64,000 nt of DNA from the human T2T-CHM13v2.0 reference genome, Homo sapiens. Under the pieces are notes generated by a model. The model worked only from the letters and a program-made list of their open reading frames with translations. It was not told where the DNA came from and did no database searches. Position numbers and translations under genes: made by a program. The stretch's first letter is position 1. Each line of letters starts with the position of its first letter. Below, piece by piece: positions 61,216-64,000 of this stretch. Location: positions 25,152,001-25,216,000 of the forward strand of contig CP086569.2 of the NCBI GenBank assembly GCA_009914755.4. Direction: 5' to 3'.

Positions 61216-64000
61216 AACAATAAAATGGATAATGCCAAATAAATAAAAAGTGAAAAGATTAACTTGGGTGAACCCCAAGACAACAAAGAAAAAAGAAAAT
61301 GATATTTTAGAAAGTGAGGATAAAGTAATGAAAGATGGACTGAGACAGATTAAAATGAGGAATACATTATTGTAAATTTAAGGCCAGAATAATGCAAGTG
61401 TCAAAAAAACAACAAAAGCAACAATAAAACAAGCACAGGGAGGGGTAGAGAGAGGGTGAATGAGGAAAAAGAGAAAGCAAATGCAAAATGTAAAGTAATC
61501 AGCATGATTAGAATATCTGTTCATTCCCACTCTCTGCAAATTCTTTGTATTTTGAGGAACATCCTGACAAGATTTTAATGTAATCAATCACGGAGTAGTC
61601 TAACCCAGAAAATATCCTAGCTTCCTCTAGGATTCAAAGACCTTGTACCTTCTTAGGTATTCTCTCTCCATCTAGGTTAAACTAAACTGTTTCAACAACA
61701 AAAACTACTTTGAATTTTCTGCCCAAAAGGAACATCACGGACGTTCTTCATCTTGGGTCATCACTTGAGTAATGAAGTAGATGGAGCAAATGTACTTTCC
61801 CCCTTACATAAATACAATTAATAGCACCACATAATGTATATAAAGCAAACATAAGACTGAAGGATGGAGCAAGAAGATAAACGGGTGAGGAAATTTAAGA
61901 TGCAACAAGTGATAAGATGGTTGAGTTTCCTGGATTCTTTTTGCCTGGTGTTATCACAGACTTGATCCTAATGGAGCTGGTACCCAAAAATGTAAATAAG
62001 TACAGGCAAAAAGTTCTCCCAAAACCCAACTTCTATAGCCACATGGCTAGGAAAGGGACACCTTACAAAGAGAAAAATATTTTTACAATAGCCTTCCTAC
62101 TTTAGTCAAACATTACAACAGAAAACAAAGCAAACCAAAAAAGCTAGCCAGGACAACAATGTTTAAGTTGAAACATAGAGAGCACCAGGCAGTAATGAGG
62201 CACCCCAACCCTCTGCTGGAGTGGAATCACATAAGGGAAAGTAGAGAGTTAGAGTTTTCAATGCTGCCATATGGGGACACCCTTCTGCTTCTAGCCAGGG
62301 AGGTACAAGTAACACCCAGGTTGAAGCTGGAATCTGCATATTTTTTTATCAGTAGCTAGAAGGGCTGCCTTGGATGTCAAAGGAAGTGAAGAAGAGAATT
62401 TGGAATTGTGCCCTTCCTTTACAAGCATACACTTTCCTTTGTTATGGTGGTATCAGACAAAGCCAGCTACAAATGAACAAATAGGATGTCATAATATGGT
62501 TCAGAGTTTCCTAACATTTCCTCAAATGTTTAACTTTCAAATAAAAATCTCACACAGAAATGTTAGTGCTACTGTTAAAGGATCACTATGGTGTCAGTTT
62601 TTCTTGCCAGAAACTTCTGTGGCCATGATGCCTTTGCTTGACTTCTTGTCCTGTTTGCAGGAAGAATGAGGTACACAGACAGGTGAAGGGTAAAGAAGAA
62701 GCAGAGTTCTATTTGGCATTAAAACGGTTCAAAGTGTTGGGATTCCTTCAGTACGGTGGCAGAAATATGAAATGGAAATATTATGGAAAGGTATAGGGAA
62801 TAGTCACAAACTTTTTGGAAGGCCGAAAGATTACATAGCTTGTAATAATTGAACAATTATTCAATTGGAGGGAGGTCGACCAAGGATATTGCCCCATACT
62901 GTAATTTACTTTAGACCACGGTACCTGAGCTTTAATCATTCATAGGTCTACTCTCTCAGCCAGGTTAATTATCCACAAGTGTGCTGACTCAAAGCTTCTG
63001 TTGTTAATTGTATACTAAATAAATGCCTGGAGTGCGAGCTGCTCAGGGCCGGCCTCAGTAACAAACTTTTCTTGTCATGCAGGTGCTCAGACATTCAGCT
63101 AGACTGGCAAAACAGAGTATCTATGTGCTAGTGTGTGGTTTATCCATCTGCAATTTGGGTCAGGGTCTGCGGGCAGACCCCTGAAGCTAGTGCCCTCTTG
63201 TGAGGAGCAATACCTCACAAAGGAGTGGGTAGCTCTCCTCTATAGGCAGGTCTTCCTATGGTGTGTTCACTCTAGAGAGAGAGGCTCCTCTCTGTCGGCA
63301 AGTCATTTAGATGTCTCTGCAGGTCTGTGAAGCTCTCTGTTGCAGCTGCTGCTCTCAGCGGAGAGGGTACTGCTCTCCTCCCGTTGTCTACAGCAATCAG
63401 CAAGAAGGGTACTCCTTTCTTTAGCAGACTGGCTTTTGAATGTCTTCATAAGATCCTTCACAGAGCAGCAGTTTTTAATTTTGATTTGATACAGTTAATC
63501 TTTTTTTTTACTTTTATGGCTTATGCATTTGGTATCAAATATAATAACATTTTGCTACAACTAAGAAGCTTGAATTTTTTTACGTTCTTTTTTTCTGAAA
63601 ACGTTTTATAAAATGTGTTGTAATTTTATATTACATTGAAATTCATGAGACATTTTGAGTTAATTTCTGTAGTATAAGATTTATGTTATGGCTTTATTTC
63701 TTAAATTTATAAATATCCACGTGCCCTGGCACCATTTGTTTAAAGGCTGTTTTTCCTCCACTGATTTCTGCTTGCCAGATTTGTGTCATATCACTTGGTC
63801 ATATCCACACCAGTGTGGCTCTATTCCTGGGCCTTCTCTTCTGCTCCATTTTTATATGAATCTATTTCTATGCCAATACCAAACTGTTATGTTCATTTTA
63901 GCTGTGTAATAAGTCTTAGAAATGTTGATGAATTTCTCCCACTATATACTTGTATACTCATAATTGTCTTAGCTATCATGGTGAGTAAGTTTGCTTTGTC

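Noticed and set aside
62646-62700. Isolated acceptor-like motif (ttgtcctgtttgcag|GAAGAATGAG gtacac) suggesting an exon
   Set aside because: It is a single splice-like motif with no supporting open frame or paired strong donor/acceptor context. Such motifs occur by chance at this frequency in AT-rich DNA.

Overview
This window is primate (human-like) nuclear DNA, not a prokaryotic locus. It is AT-rich and dominated by retrotransposons, with no operons, CRISPR arrays or bacterial-style defence systems. Roughly a third of the window is LINE-1. Three near-full-length L1PA elements lie on the minus strand (1-5962, ~8900-14885, 54217-60350), each with ORF1 and ORF2 broken by frameshifts and stops. 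A young 5'-truncated L1 (30862-31596) carries an intact target-site duplication. An internally deleted L1 sits on the plus strand (24470-26130), and there are older L1M fragments. About 20 Alu elements of mixed age are interspersed, along with microsatellites ((CA)n, (AAATT)n, (TTTG)n) and an AT-rich minisatellite grown from an L1 tail. I could not support any protein-coding gene from sequence alone. The most unusual observations are: (i) a near-consensus AluY (51614-51910) flanked by a perfect 116-bp direct duplication, far longer than a normal target-site duplication; (ii) a ~1.3-kb highly degenerate head-to-tail (TTAGGG)n-like array (32960-34270), i.e. a subtelomeric-type interstitial telomeric sequence; (iii) a ~510-bp near-perfect palindrome (143-bp arms, 224-bp spacer) at 43691-44199 with MITE-like architecture; (iv) a GC/CpG-rich ~78-bp tandem repeat at 28488-28815; and (v) a pair of canonical splice-site-bounded candidate exons at 18699-19190 whose joined reading frame stays open. 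All coordinates are approximate to within a few bases, and subfamily calls come from recalled L1/Alu consensus features rather than a database search.
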